Source: an uncultured archaeon (GTDB taxonomy: Archaea > Aenigmatarchaeota > Aenigmatarchaeia > Aenigmatarchaeales > Aenigmatarchaeaceae). Taken from it: a stretch of 64,000 nucleotides of DNA. The DNA is taken from assembly GCA_964348065.1 (NCBI GenBank), contig CAYGBE010000214.1, positions 2,572-66,571 on the forward strand, in the 5' to 3' direction. The translations under genes were made by a program, and so were the position numbers. This document shows positions 35,606 through 45,356 of this stretch, piece by piece. The first letter of the stretch is position 1. Each line of letters begins with the position of its first letter. Under the pieces are notes generated by a model that searched no databases, was not told the origin of the DNA, and was given only the letters and a program-made list of their open reading frames with translations.

Positions 35606-37132
35606 TCACTTATTTATTCTTTTATAAAGATCATTTTCCAATTTTCTGCCAGTTTTTTTCTCCCATTCTGGAATTGATAAAGAAAAGTTTTCTTGTATTT
35701 TATCCCTATACCATTGAGGAATAACATTAAAAGCACAAAACGGTACTATTCTTCCATCAGGTTGTGCATAATGAATGCAACATTTTTTAACTCTTTCTAT
35801 ATCATAATTGTACAAATCTTGAAAATGCATCATTCCAACAAATAGGGACTTGTGATGTAATCTTCCTAATGACTTATAATCTCCTGTTCTCAAAATATTG
35901 AAGAGTATTCTTTCTAATTTTAAATCTTTAGGTTGCTTTTCTTTATCTATAAAACTTCTTAATCTTGACAATATTTTTAGACTTGTATATACTTTACCTG
36001 TAAAACCTTTGACTTGTGCTGATAACTCTTCTAAGAATTTTAAAAATCCTTCAACATCAAAAAATCTTGGTAAAGGTATTATTTTATCTTCGTCTAAAAA
36101 CACATACGTAGCCATACCACAAGCCGGATGTGCTGTCAGTTCATATCTTGGCCTTTCTGATAAAGCTTCAAAAAAATGTGTTATTGGAGAAACTGTAGGA
36201 ACCGGATACCAATCTTCTCTTCCAAGGGCTCCATTTGTTTGCTCTTCTATTTTCTTAATAACATCTGGAATTGTTATTCTGAATTTTTCTCTATCTGCTT
36301 TTGTTATTCTTCCTACAAGAGAAACTGGTTGATAATTAACTCCACGAACAACATCAGCGTTTTTTATTCCAAATCTCAAAATATTTCCAACATCATGATC
36401 ATTAATAGTATTAATAACAGTTGGTACGAGAACAATTCCTATATGGGCTCTTCTACAGTTTTCTAATATTTTTGGTACTTCCCAATGATTCTTAGGATTT
36501 GTTTGGGGAGTAGTTCCATCATAGCTAAGATAAATTGTATTAATTCCTGCTGCTTTTGCCGCTCTTGTGAATTCTAAACTTTGTGATAGCCTGATCCCAT
36601 TAGTATTTAATTGAACATGATCATATCCTTCTTCTTTTGCAATTTTAATTATCTCAATAATATCATCTCTTATACAAGGCTCGCCTCCTGTCAATTGAAC
36701 CGTATTTGCCTTAACAGGTTTTTCTTCTTTCATTATTTTTAACATCATTCTTATTTGTTCTAAGGATGGCTCATAAACATAACCCATTGCCTTTGCATAA
36801 AAGAAACAGTAAAAACACTGTAAATCACAACGATTTGTAACAACAATATTACCTAAGGCTGTATGGGATTTATGCATTTTACACAAACCACAAGCGGTTG
36901 GGCATATGGGATTTTCTATACTCACATTAGGATTATCAATACCTTTTCCATTGTGAGCAAATTTCATAGCTTTTAAATACATCTGATAATCTCCCCAGTA
37001 TAAATCTTCAAAATCTCCATGCTGAGGGCAATTCTTTTTTATCCAAACCTTACTATCTCTTTCAAAAATTTCTGCTGGAATAATTTTTAAACATTCAGGA
37101 CAAAGAGACTTTGTATCTTTTATTTTATTCAT
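35606..37132 (-). CDS. radical SAM enzyme, tetraether lipid synthase (Tes/GDGT-MAS)-like, tentative
   Basis: 508 aa. An N-terminal zinc-ribbon-like CPEC...CPQHG, the radical SAM cluster NRCDLQCFYCF and a long C-terminal domain. Architecture and length match my recollection of the COG1964/MJ0619-type family. This was not verified by search. Confidence 0.45.
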   Translation of the reverse strand: MNKIKDTKSLCPECLKIIPAEIFERDSKVWIKKNCPQHGDFEDLYWGDYQMYLKAMKFAHNGKGIDNPNVSIENPICPTACGLCKMHKSHTALGNIVVTNRCDLQCFYCFFYAKAMGYVYEPSLEQIRMMLKIMKEEKPVKANTVQLTGGEPCIRDDIIEIIKIAKEEGYDHVQLNTNGIRLSQSLEFTRAAKAAGINTIYLSYDGTTPQTNPKNHWEVPKILENCRRAHIGIVLVPTVINTINDHDVGNILRFGIKNADVVRGVNYQPVSLVGRITKADREKFRITIPDVIKKIEEQTNGALGREDWYPVPTVSPITHFFEALSERPRYELTAHPACGMATYVFLDEDKIIPLPRFFDVEGFLKFLEELSAQVKGFTGKVYTSLKILSRLRSFIDKEKQPKDLKLERILFNILRTGDYKSLGRLHHKSLFVGMMHFQDLYNYDIERVKKCCIHYAQPDGRIVPFCAFNVIPQWYRDKIQENFSLSIPEWEKKTGRKLENDLYKRINK

Positions 37133-37170
37133 GCTATCTAACTTTTGGAACTTTTTAAAAGTTATAAAAG

Positions 37171-37180
37171 TTTATATATT
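37171..37180 (+). promoter_or_regulatory. TATA-box candidate for a leaderless transcript starting at 37202
   Basis: TTTATATATT is centred about 27 nt upstream of the ATG at 37202, the usual archaeal TATA-to-start distance. Confidence 0.3.
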
Positions 37181-37201
37181 TTGAAAAATATAAAGTTAAC
37201 T

Positions 37202-37771
37202 ATGAAATACAGGTCTTATAACTTTTTGTCTTACATCTCGTCGGCACCCATGGTAGCATTATATGTTACCATTATATTTTCTTTTTTTTCTCCAATCGGT
37301 CTAGGATATGTAGATGCTTTTTCAAGTATAATGATTGGAACAATATTTTTAGCTGTAATTCCAATGAGTTCAATATATTTTTTTAGCAAAAAAGATCCTG
37401 AGGTTTATAAAAAAGAGGAAAGAACAAAATTATACCTCATTTCACTTGTTAGCTACTTAACCTGCTCTGCAATTTTTTGGATTTTAAATTCCCATGTCAT
37501 GTTTGTAATATCCATGGCTTATGTTTTTGTATCATCGGCAGTTTCTATAATAAATATTTTTTGGAAAATATCAGCACATTCAGCAGGAGTTGCAGGACCA
37601 ACAACTGCATTAATCTATGTTTTTGGAACAAATTTGATACCTCTTTATGTATTAACTCTTTTTGTTTTTTGGATAAGGTTAAAAATTAAGGCTCATAATA
37701 TTTTACAACTAATAATTGGATCAATAGTAGCCATTTTTATAACTTTAATGGTTTATACAATATTGTGGTAG
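37202..37771 (+). CDS. polytopic membrane protein (possible PAP2-like phosphatase remnant motif)
   Basis: About 189 aa from the ATG at 37202. The track uses the TTG at 37145. Six hydrophobic segments. WKISAHSAG is faintly reminiscent of the PAP2 PSGH motif. Weak call. Confidence 0.4.
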   Translation: MKYRSYNFLSYISSAPMVALYVTIIFSFFSPIGLGYVDAFSSIMIGTIFLAVIPMSSIYFFSKKDPEVYKKEERTKLYLISLVSYLTCSAIFWILNSHVMFVISMAYVFVSSAVSIINIFWKISAHSAGVAGPTTALIYVFGTNLIPLYVLTLFVFWIRLKIKAHNILQLIIGSIVAIFITLMVYTILW

Positions 37772-37773
37772 AT

Positions 37774-38250
37774 ATGAAAGAATTGAATGAAATTAAAAAG
37801 GATATTTATGCAACATTTGCAGATATAGCATCTTCAATAGGTTATTCGGAGATCCATGGAAGAATAATTGCTGCTCTATTAGTGTCTGATGGTAAACTTT
37901 CATTACAAGAGCTAGCAAAAGAAACTGGATATTCAATTTCAACAATATCCCTAAGTTTAGATTTACTAGAATTTTTAGGAATGATTAAAAAAATAAAGAA
38001 AGTTGGAGATAGAAAATTATATGTTGAACTTCAAGGTGATTTATTAGAAGGTCTAAAAAGGGCCTTTATAATAAAAGTCCAAAAAAACATAACTCATAGT
38101 TTAAACAGTTTTAAAGAATATAAAGAAATTTTAAAAATATCAAAAGATAATAATAAGAAAAAAATTATGAGTTTATTAAACACATTAGAGGAAGAAGTTA
38201 AAAAATTAGAAAGTTATATAAATCTTTTATCAGAATTAAAGTTACCGTGA
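37774..38250 (+). CDS. winged-helix transcriptional regulator (GbsR/MarR-like) with C-terminal coiled coil
   Basis: About 158 aa. IHGRIIAALLVSDGKLSLQELAKETGYSISTISLSLDLLEFLGMIKKIKKVGDRKLY. The ATG at 37774 is preferred over the GTG at 37765. Confidence 0.55.
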   Translation: MKELNEIKKDIYATFADIASSIGYSEIHGRIIAALLVSDGKLSLQELAKETGYSISTISLSLDLLEFLGMIKKIKKVGDRKLYVELQGDLLEGLKRAFIIKVQKNITHSLNSFKEYKEILKISKDNNKKKIMSLLNTLEEEVKKLESYINLLSELKLP

Positions 38251-38254
38251 TTAA

Positions 38255-38386
38255 ATGAAAATTGGTATATGTCAGTGCTGTGGTGGTGTGGCTACACAAA
38301 CTTGCAAATTCTGTGGTGCTTTAGTTTGTATAAAATGCACTACACCAAACGGTTGCAAAGTTTGTGAAGGAAGAAAGAAAATTTAG
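38255..38386 (+). CDS. small Cys-rich zinc-ribbon protein (43 aa)
   Basis: Own translation: MKIGICQCCGGVATQTCKFCGALVCIKCTTPNGCKVCEGRKKI. It has 10 Cys in CxxC-type pairs and starts 4 nt after the upstream stop. Below the track cut-off. Confidence 0.35.
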   Translation: MKIGICQCCGGVATQTCKFCGALVCIKCTTPNGCKVCEGRKKI

Positions 38387-38423
38387 TCTCATCTCGTTTC
38401 CGATTGACTTAAAATATCTTATC

Positions 38424-38651
38424 TTATATAGCTTGTAAAGCTTCTATCAAATTATCTTTAATTTCACTCTCCGCAGGAAATCCTAATGCGTTCTTAAATC
38501 TTTTTTGACCTGCTGGGTTAATGAATCCTTTTGAAATTGATATGAATTCATTATCGCCTTCAGGTGTCTTGGCTACTTTCCTAGCGACTTCTAAGAACTT
38601 GTTGTTTCCAAACTTGATTTCCTTTGAGTTAAGAGTCTCAAATTCTACCAT
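38424..38651 (-). CDS. small protein, possibly PC4/YdbC-like ssDNA-binding fold
   Basis: 75 aa. The pattern EIKFGNNKFLEVARKV...FISISKGFINPAGQKRFKNALGFPAE loosely resembles PC4-like proteins. Tentative. Confidence 0.3.
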   Translation of the reverse strand: MVEFETLNSKEIKFGNNKFLEVARKVAKTPEGDNEFISISKGFINPAGQKRFKNALGFPAESEIKDNLIEALQAI

Positions 38652-38707
38652 TTCTATACCTCCCTATTTTCTAAATCTTAATAGCTGTTAGCTATATTTA
38701 AATAGGT

Positions 38708-39061
38708 ATGGTAAAGTATTTAAATAGTCACCATAAAGTAATAAATATGGCATTTATACTTTTGAAGTTAAAACAAAATGCTGAAGAACCGTATGCAATC
38801 CATGATTTAGAAAAATTTGGTATATGGCCATTTAAGAAAAGACGCTTAATAGTTGGAAGTGTTCTTAGCGATGAAAGTGATATAACTTTGATTAAAACAC
38901 ATAAGGTAAAAAGAAAGAAAATTGGGGAAATAATGAAAACCAGGGATGGATGGAACTATAATCTCATAAACAAAAGGAAAAGGAAAGTAACTGGAACATT
39001 TAAAGATGGATTACAAATTCCAATTTTTGGTAATATCATAGAATTTAAAGAAGAACTATAG
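38708..39061 (+). CDS. hypothetical basic protein
   Basis: 117 aa. No motif recognised. The start is uncertain, and the alternative Met at codon 14 is possible. Confidence 0.3.
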   Translation: MVKYLNSHHKVINMAFILLKLKQNAEEPYAIHDLEKFGIWPFKKRRLIVGSVLSDESDITLIKTHKVKRKKIGEIMKTRDGWNYNLINKRKRKVTGTFKDGLQIPIFGNIIEFKEEL

Positions 39062-39304
39062 CAATGTTGAGGATTCAACTTCTATATCAGAGACTCCACT
39101 CACAGACTTTATCTCATTTATTAGACTTTCTGATTCTTTGTCAGGAATTATAATTAATATTTTAAGGGCATTTAAACCAAAAGCTAAAGGCTCTGTTTTT
39201 GAATCTTTAATTTCTATTTTTTTAGATATTTCTTCTTTGATTTTTTCTAAATCTGTTTCAGGCGATTCAGGCATTATTTTTAATGAAACAGCAACATCTC
39301 CCAT
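39056..39304 (-). CDS. ef1b: translation elongation factor aEF-1 beta
   Basis: 82 aa. MGDVAVSLKIMPESPETDLEKIKEEI...EPLAFGLNALKILIIIPD...VSDIEVESSTLL matches the archaeal EF-1-beta pattern and size. Confidence 0.8.
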   Translation of the reverse strand: MGDVAVSLKIMPESPETDLEKIKEEISKKIEIKDSKTEPLAFGLNALKILIIIPDKESESLINEIKSVSGVSDIEVESSTLL

Positions 39305-39468
39305 TATGGACCCTCGAAATTACAAACATCACATTTATAAGGTCTTGAAAGTTTTTTACATGTTCTACAACGTATAATAGTACCTTCTCCACAGTTTGGA
39401 CATTTAAATGTAACAAATTCTTCTTGTCCTACAACATTTATCCCACAACTCGAACATATCAGCTTCAT
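39304..39468 (-). CDS. zinc-ribbon protein commonly found upstream of aEF-1 beta
   Basis: Own translation, 54 aa: MKLICSSCGINVVGQEEFVTFKCPNCGEGTIIRCRTCKKLSRPYKCDVCNFEGP. It has four CxxC pairs, and its TAA overlaps the ef1b ATG (TAATG). Below the track cut-off. Confidence 0.55.
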   Translation of the reverse strand: MKLICSSCGINVVGQEEFVTFKCPNCGEGTIIRCRTCKKLSRPYKCDVCNFEGP

Positions 39469-39522
39469 TTAATTCACTACCAATTATATATATTTAAAAC
39501 TTTCGATATTATTATTGATTTG

Positions 39523-40674
39523 ATGAACTATAAAAATCTTAATATAAATCTTGTTAAAATTCCTAAAATTAAGGTTGCTACAGGTCTTTATTCTCATTGG
39601 GATTCTGTAGTAAAGATTAATGAAAAAATTTTAAAATGGATAAAAGAAATTTTCAAAGAAAAACCAGAGAAAAATGTACTTATTTCATTGGAGGAAGCAG
39701 CATACACTATAAATGAAGCTCTTAAGAAAGGCGGTAGAGAGTTCTTAATATCTGAAAGTCTTTATAAAAAATTAGATTTGTTATTATCTGAAAGAGAATT
39801 TAGAATTGGTGGCAATGGATATAACATGGGAAACATGTTATTTCTTTCAGGTTTGGTTCCTGTTGTGTCTTACCCTACAAGATCTAAAAAACTAATGGAA
39901 AGTTCTCCTGATTTTAGAGTTGTTTCAAATAATAAATTGAAAAAACCTAAAGAAGTAGTAAGATTAATGGATTATGACTATGATCATATAATTATTGAGC
40001 TTGAAAATTCAAGACATATCTTAGCATGGGATCCAATGACAACTCAAGGAATTTTTGATTATGATTTTCTAAAATTTATATCAGACCCAAATAACATAGA
40101 TGTGTTGGTTCTTGCATATGCTCATTTGTTATTGCCTGAACATAAAAATAAAACAGATGAAATTTTAGATTTGTTAAAGGAAAAAAGACCTAAAACCCAT
40201 TTAGAATTTGGTTTAGGTTGTAAAGAATCTATGAAATATGCTATGGAAAAATTCTCAGAAATTGAATGTTCAGAATCTTGGGGATTAAATGAAAAGGAAT
40301 GCACAACTTATTTGAATGCAGCATCTGAAGAAAAAGATGATTTAATGGAAGCTGCTCTGAATGCCATTAAAGAATATAATATAGACAGGGTTTGTGTTCA
40401 TACTCCCGAGTTTGTTTTCTCTATTTCCAAATATGAATTAATAAAAGAGTATAGGGCTTTAATAACTGCTTGTCTTTTTGCTGCAGCAAGAACCTTTGGT
40501 AATTTGAAATTAAAAGTTGCTAAGACATTACCAACAACATATGAACCTGTTAAAAGTAAAATAGAAGAATATAATTTTTGTTTGGTACCTTGCTTAATAA
40601 ATAAATTTCCCAAAGTTTTAACAGGAATTGGAGATGGTTTTGCTGCTATCCAAGCAATTAAGATTTTAGGCTGA
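39523..40674 (+). CDS. ADP-dependent sugar kinase (ADP-glucokinase/phosphofructokinase family)
   Basis: About 383 aa from the ATG at 39523. The track start at 39424 would overlap the zinc-ribbon gene. Motifs RIGGNGYNMGNML and the C-terminal TGIGDGFAA match the ADP-PFK/GK family. Confidence 0.65.
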   Translation: MNYKNLNINLVKIPKIKVATGLYSHWDSVVKINEKILKWIKEIFKEKPEKNVLISLEEAAYTINEALKKGGREFLISESLYKKLDLLLSEREFRIGGNGYNMGNMLFLSGLVPVVSYPTRSKKLMESSPDFRVVSNNKLKKPKEVVRLMDYDYDHIIIELENSRHILAWDPMTTQGIFDYDFLKFISDPNNIDVLVLAYAHLLLPEHKNKTDEILDLLKEKRPKTHLEFGLGCKESMKYAMEKFSEIECSESWGLNEKECTTYLNAASEEKDDLMEAALNAIKEYNIDRVCVHTPEFVFSISKYELIKEYRALITACLFAAARTFGNLKLKVAKTLPTTYEPVKSKIEEYNFCLVPCLINKFPKVLTGIGDGFAAIQAIKILG

Positions 40675-40962
40675 CTTATCAATCTTCTTGGCCAACCTGT
40701 TTACAGAAGCTCTTAAAACATCTCCTTTTATGCCCTTCTTTTTTATTCTTTTCATGCTAGCGGCAAACTTGGGTTTTTCCATTACTTCTTTTAACCAAAT
40801 CTCAAAATCATTTTTATCGTCTCTTAAGTGAAATTCTAAGCTCTCTGTGGGCACTGTTTTTAGGCATTCTGAAAACTCAGAAAGATTGTGAGCAACCTTT
40901 CCTGTAAAACCCATACCAGTACAAAACCAAAAAGCCTTTTCATTTGATACATTTTTTGACAT
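40666..40962 (-). CDS. hypothetical protein diverging from the glycogen gene cluster
   Basis: 98 aa and soluble. No motif that I can name with confidence. Confidence 0.35.
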   Translation of the reverse strand: MSKNVSNEKAFWFCTGMGFTGKVAHNLSEFSECLKTVPTESLEFHLRDDKNDFEIWLKEVMEKPKFAASMKRIKKKGIKGDVLRASVNRLAKKIDKSA

Positions 40963-41079
40963 TTTTACACCATTTTAATAAAAACGTTAAATTTAAGGTA
41001 TGTTAATATTAATATTAAGTATACTATATACACTACGTATAAAACTATAAAATATCTTAATATTTAAAGATGATGTAAA

Positions 41080-42225
41080 ATGAAGGTTCTGATGATCGGG
41101 TGGGAGTTCCCGCCGTCCAAAACCGGAGGACTTGGTACCCATTGTTATGAACTTGTTAAAAATCTAAGTAAAAAAGGTATTAAGGTTCTTCTATTAATTC
41201 CAAAAAGAACGGGTAATGTAAAACATAACATACCTAATGTAGAAATAATAGAAGTGGGTTCTGTTGCTCTAAATCCTTATAATACAACAAAACCAGGTGA
41301 TAAATTTGAAAAAGGTTATGGTTGGAACTTCTTTGAAGAAGTTAGAGCCTTTAATAAAAGATGTGTTGAAATAGCCAAAAATAAGAAATTTGATGTTATT
41401 CATTGTCATGATTGGATGACAATAGATGCTGGAATCGAACTTAAAAAAATAACAGGAAAGCCTTTAGTCTTTACTGTTCACTCAACAGAATATGATAGAA
41501 CAGCTAAAATCTATCCTATGAGATTTATAGTTGATGTTGAAAAAAGAGGGATTCAAAAAGCTGATATTGTTATAACTGTTAGTAGGGGAATGAAAAAACA
41601 ATTAATAGAAAGATATGGTGCTGAAGATGAAAAAATCATAGTAATATACAATGGTATAGATCCATCAAAATATTTTGGATTAATTAAAAAGAATAATAAA
41701 GGTATTGTTCTTTTCTTAGGAAGATTAACTAATCAAAAAGGGCCTTATTTCTTTTTACACACAGCCAAAAAGGTTTTAGAAAAGAGGAAAGATGTTATGT
41801 TTATAATTGGTGGTCAGGGAGAACAAATGCCAGAACTAATTAGAATTGCTATTGGACTGGGAATTATGGATAATGTTATTTTTACTGGATTTTTACCCGA
41901 GGAAGAACTTTTACAAGCTTATGCCATGGCCGATGTTTATGTAATGCCTTCAGTGGCAGAACCATTTGGAATTACAGCATTAGAAGCAATTGCATCTGGA
42001 ACTCCTGTTATTGTTTCTAAAAATGCTGGTGTTGCAGAAAAAATTTTGCATTGTTTTAAAGTAGATTTTTGGGATACGTATGAAATGGCCAATAAAATAA
42101 TATGTTTATTAAAATATCCTGTCTTAGGAGAATGTATGAGAAAAAACTCTTACAAAGAAATAAGAAGTTTTGGATGGGACAGGGTAGCTGAAAATACAAT
42201 ATCAGTTTATAGGAGAGCTGTATGA
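41080..42225 (+). CDS. GT-B glycosyltransferase, group 1 (small glycogen-synthase-like)
   Basis: 381 aa. N-terminus MKVLMIGWEFPPSKTGGLGTHCYEL. The C-terminal E-x7-E region is PSVAEPFGITALEAIASGTPVI. Confidence 0.7.
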   Translation: MKVLMIGWEFPPSKTGGLGTHCYELVKNLSKKGIKVLLLIPKRTGNVKHNIPNVEIIEVGSVALNPYNTTKPGDKFEKGYGWNFFEEVRAFNKRCVEIAKNKKFDVIHCHDWMTIDAGIELKKITGKPLVFTVHSTEYDRTAKIYPMRFIVDVEKRGIQKADIVITVSRGMKKQLIERYGAEDEKIIVIYNGIDPSKYFGLIKKNNKGIVLFLGRLTNQKGPYFFLHTAKKVLEKRKDVMFIIGGQGEQMPELIRIAIGLGIMDNVIFTGFLPEEELLQAYAMADVYVMPSVAEPFGITALEAIASGTPVIVSKNAGVAEKILHCFKVDFWDTYEMANKIICLLKYPVLGECMRKNSYKEIRSFGWDRVAENTISVYRRAV

Positions 42226-43388
42226 CATCTCTTTGTTTTTATTTTCAAGTTCATCAACCAGTTAGGTTAAATAGATTTTCAGTGTTTACTGAAAATTCTC
42301 CTTATTTTGACGAAGGAAAAAATAAAGCATATCTTGAAAGAGTTGCAAGAAAATGTTATTTGCCAACTAACAAACTTCTTTTAGATTTAATAAATGAATA
42401 TGATGGAAAATTCAAAATTGCATTTAGTTTAACTGGAGTTTTTGTGGAGCAGTGTAAAAAATACGCACCAGAAGTCATAGAATCATTTAAGGAATTAGCC
42501 AAAACAGGAAATGTTGAATTTTTAAGTGAAACTTATTATCACTCTTTGGCAGTTTTATTTTCTATAAAAGAGTTCAAGGAACAGATAGAACTTCACAAAA
42601 AAATGATATTGGAATTATTTAATCAAAAACCAAAGGTTTTTAGAAATACAGAAGCAATGTATTCAAACAACATTGCTAAATTGATTGAGAAAATAGGCTA
42701 TAAAGGAATAATAACAGAAGGCCATGAAAGCATTCTTGGATGGAGATCTCCCAACTACTTATATCATCCTAATGGTTGTAAAAAAATTGTGGCTTTATTA
42801 AGAAATTACAAATTGAGTGATGATATTGGTTTTAGATTTTCTGCCAGGTGGTGGGAAGAATACCCATTAACTGCTGACAAATATGCAATATGGTTATCAA
42901 AATGTGAAGGTAAATGTGTTAACGTATTTATTGATTATGAAACATTTGGTGAACATCAGTGGGAAGATACAGGAATATTCAATTTCTTAAAATACTTACC
43001 ATCTGAAGTTTTCAAATATCCAACTCTTGATTTTAAAACACCCTCTGAAATTATTCAGTCTTACAAAACTGTTGGAATAGTAGATGTTCCACATACTATT
43101 TCTTGGGCAGACGTTCAAAGGGACCTTTCAGCTTGGCTTGAAAACGAAATGCAAAAACTCGCTTTTGAACAAATGGCAAAACTTGAAAAATATGTTAAGA
43201 AAAATCCAGAATTATTACATCAATGGAGATTGCTTCAAACATCTGACCATTTTTACTATATGTGTACTAAATGGTTTGCTGATGGTGATGTTCACAAATA
43301 TTTTAATCCTTATAGCTCTCCTTATGATGCATTTGTTAATTACATGAATATTCTACAAGATCTAAAAAAGAAAACTGGGTTTAAATGA
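42222..43388 (+). CDS. glycoside hydrolase family 57 enzyme (alpha-amylase/glucanotransferase type)
   Basis: 388 aa. N-terminus LCFYFQVHQPVRLNRF, then TEAMYSN and DYETFGEHQWE, which are typical GH57 blocks. Confidence 0.7.
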   Translation: MTSLCFYFQVHQPVRLNRFSVFTENSPYFDEGKNKAYLERVARKCYLPTNKLLLDLINEYDGKFKIAFSLTGVFVEQCKKYAPEVIESFKELAKTGNVEFLSETYYHSLAVLFSIKEFKEQIELHKKMILELFNQKPKVFRNTEAMYSNNIAKLIEKIGYKGIITEGHESILGWRSPNYLYHPNGCKKIVALLRNYKLSDDIGFRFSARWWEEYPLTADKYAIWLSKCEGKCVNVFIDYETFGEHQWEDTGIFNFLKYLPSEVFKYPTLDFKTPSEIIQSYKTVGIVDVPHTISWADVQRDLSAWLENEMQKLAFEQMAKLEKYVKKNPELLHQWRLLQTSDHFYYMCTKWFADGDVHKYFNPYSSPYDAFVNYMNILQDLKKKTGFK

Positions 43389-45331
43389 AAATAGATGATT
43401 TAAAATGGGAATATCAACCCATAGAAAATCCTGATTGGGGTTATGCTAGAAATCTTTTTACTGTTCTAAAAAGACCTCAAGCAACTTGGTCACAATCTAT
43501 TTTTTCTGTAAGACATGGAAATTTAATCGCACCTAACAGGGATTATAGATTCCAAGGTTTGTGCACTTTTGTTAATGAAAAATATTGGAAATTCTTGGAT
43601 GCCATATTTTTTGGAATAAAAGGAGTTCATCTAGAACCTAAAAACGTAATAGTTTTTCCTTGGAAATGTATTTATCAATATTCGGGAAATGGAATTGATG
43701 TTGATGTTTCTTATCACTTGTCTAAAGATATGAGAGAAGGTATAACAGCAAAAATCATATTTGATATTAGAAATCCATTTTTAAAAGAACTGATAATCAA
43801 ACCTTTAGTTGATATTAGAAGTATTTTTTCAGACTCGACACCAGAACAAATAAAAACTAAAGCTGAAAAGCATTATTTAATTGCATCAGTTGGAAAAAAC
43901 AAGATCTCTTTTTTTGTTAATAAAAGCAGTGTTTTAGCTGGAAAGGAAATCTTAAACTGGAAATATAAGCTAGGTAGTGGTTTTAGACAAAGTACTGATA
44001 ATGGTGTAAGATTTATTTCAGAGCAGGCTAGACCCGTATTTGTTGGGGAGATACATAAAATAATTTCTGGGAATGAAAAAGTTTCTTTGTTAATAAACTG
44101 TAACAGAAAAAATATGGACTTTGATGAAAACGAAGAAAAATTATATGTCAAACAAATATCTGATAAATTTAACTGCAACAAAGAATTACTAGCAAGAATA
44201 ATTTCATTAAACAGTTTTGGTATTTTAGAAAATAACATAGTAGTCCCTGAAGCTGGGGATTTCTGGTTTAGACAAATTTGGCTAAGAGATTTGTTAGAAA
44301 CTTTAGTCAACAATTTCCAAACTTTTGTTAAATTAGATAATAAAAAAATAAATGAAATAATAATGTGGATAATGAAACAACAAGATAGAAAAACTGGGAG
44401 GTTCCCAAATTTCAAGAATGATTATAATTCAGTTGATACAAGCCTACTATTCTTTATTTTGGCTGAAAAATATCTAAAACATTTTAAAAATAAAACAATT
44501 GAAAAAAGAATGTTAGATAGCTTTAATCTGCTTTTTAAGAGATTTTCTGAAAATAAAATAGAAATTGATGGTCCTCCTGTAATTCAAAATTACATGTTAT
44601 ACTCTATGCCATGGCACTCTTGGACTGATTCTAGAGTTCCTTTTATGGGAAAAATGATATCTACCAGAATTCCAAAAGAATGGATTAAAAAAGAAAATCT
44701 AGAGGAAATATGTAAACCGGCCTTATTGCCTGAAATAAATGCAATGTTTATCAGAGCTTTGAAAGTAGGAGAAATATTGGGAAAGAATATCGGAAATTTT
44801 TATAAGAAAGCTGTGGAAAAATACAAGAAAGTTTTCCAGAACAATAGTTTCCTGTATTCCATAGTAATTAACGATAAAAAAGACCCCACTGAAACTTCAA
44901 TGGCACTGGTTTCTGTTGTTTTATTACACAAACATATTTTTAATAAAAATGATTTGGAAAAAATGTGGTCTTATGTTCAGAAATTGTTGGTTAAAAATAA
45001 TGGAAAAATATTTGGTATTTTGTGCAGAAACATAAAAGATAGAATATATTACAATGACCAACAATATCATGGAGCAGTTGTTTGGCCTAGAGACACACCA
45101 TATCTTATTAAGTATTTGAAAATAATAGGCAAAGTAGATTTAATAAAAGAAATTCTAGAAAGCAATTTAGAACACCAAATGAACGAGAGTGCAATATTTT
45201 ACTGCAATGAATTGTTTTCCCTACCTGAAGGCAAAAATCCTTATCCGTTTAAAAATACTAATAATCTTGTTCCTGTTAAAAATCCTATACAATTATGGTC
45301 ACATTTTTGTGATGATTATTTAAGAAATTGA
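43385..45331 (+). CDS. glycogen debranching enzyme-like (amylo-alpha-1,6-glucosidase, (alpha/alpha)6 barrel)
   Basis: 648 aa. The central FWFRQIWLRDLLETL and the C-terminal YHGAVVWPRDTPYLIKYL resemble the archaeal GDE C-terminal domain. Context is the glycogen cluster. Confidence 0.55.
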   Translation: MKIDDLKWEYQPIENPDWGYARNLFTVLKRPQATWSQSIFSVRHGNLIAPNRDYRFQGLCTFVNEKYWKFLDAIFFGIKGVHLEPKNVIVFPWKCIYQYSGNGIDVDVSYHLSKDMREGITAKIIFDIRNPFLKELIIKPLVDIRSIFSDSTPEQIKTKAEKHYLIASVGKNKISFFVNKSSVLAGKEILNWKYKLGSGFRQSTDNGVRFISEQARPVFVGEIHKIISGNEKVSLLINCNRKNMDFDENEEKLYVKQISDKFNCNKELLARIISLNSFGILENNIVVPEAGDFWFRQIWLRDLLETLVNNFQTFVKLDNKKINEIIMWIMKQQDRKTGRFPNFKNDYNSVDTSLLFFILAEKYLKHFKNKTIEKRMLDSFNLLFKRFSENKIEIDGPPVIQNYMLYSMPWHSWTDSRVPFMGKMISTRIPKEWIKKENLEEICKPALLPEINAMFIRALKVGEILGKNIGNFYKKAVEKYKKVFQNNSFLYSIVINDKKDPTETSMALVSVVLLHKHIFNKNDLEKMWSYVQKLLVKNNGKIFGILCRNIKDRIYYNDQQYHGAVVWPRDTPYLIKYLKIIGKVDLIKEILESNLEHQMNESAIFYCNELFSLPEGKNPYPFKNTNNLVPVKNPIQLWSHFCDDYLRN

Positions 45332-45356
45332 ATAAATAATGGTATGAGGTTGTAAT

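Noticed and set aside
40990-41030. TTAATATTAATATTAA repeat or palindrome in the divergent promoter region of the glycogen operon, considered as a regulator operator
   Set aside because: Simple AT repeats of this kind are expected by chance at this base composition. There is no second copy near other sugar genes in the window.
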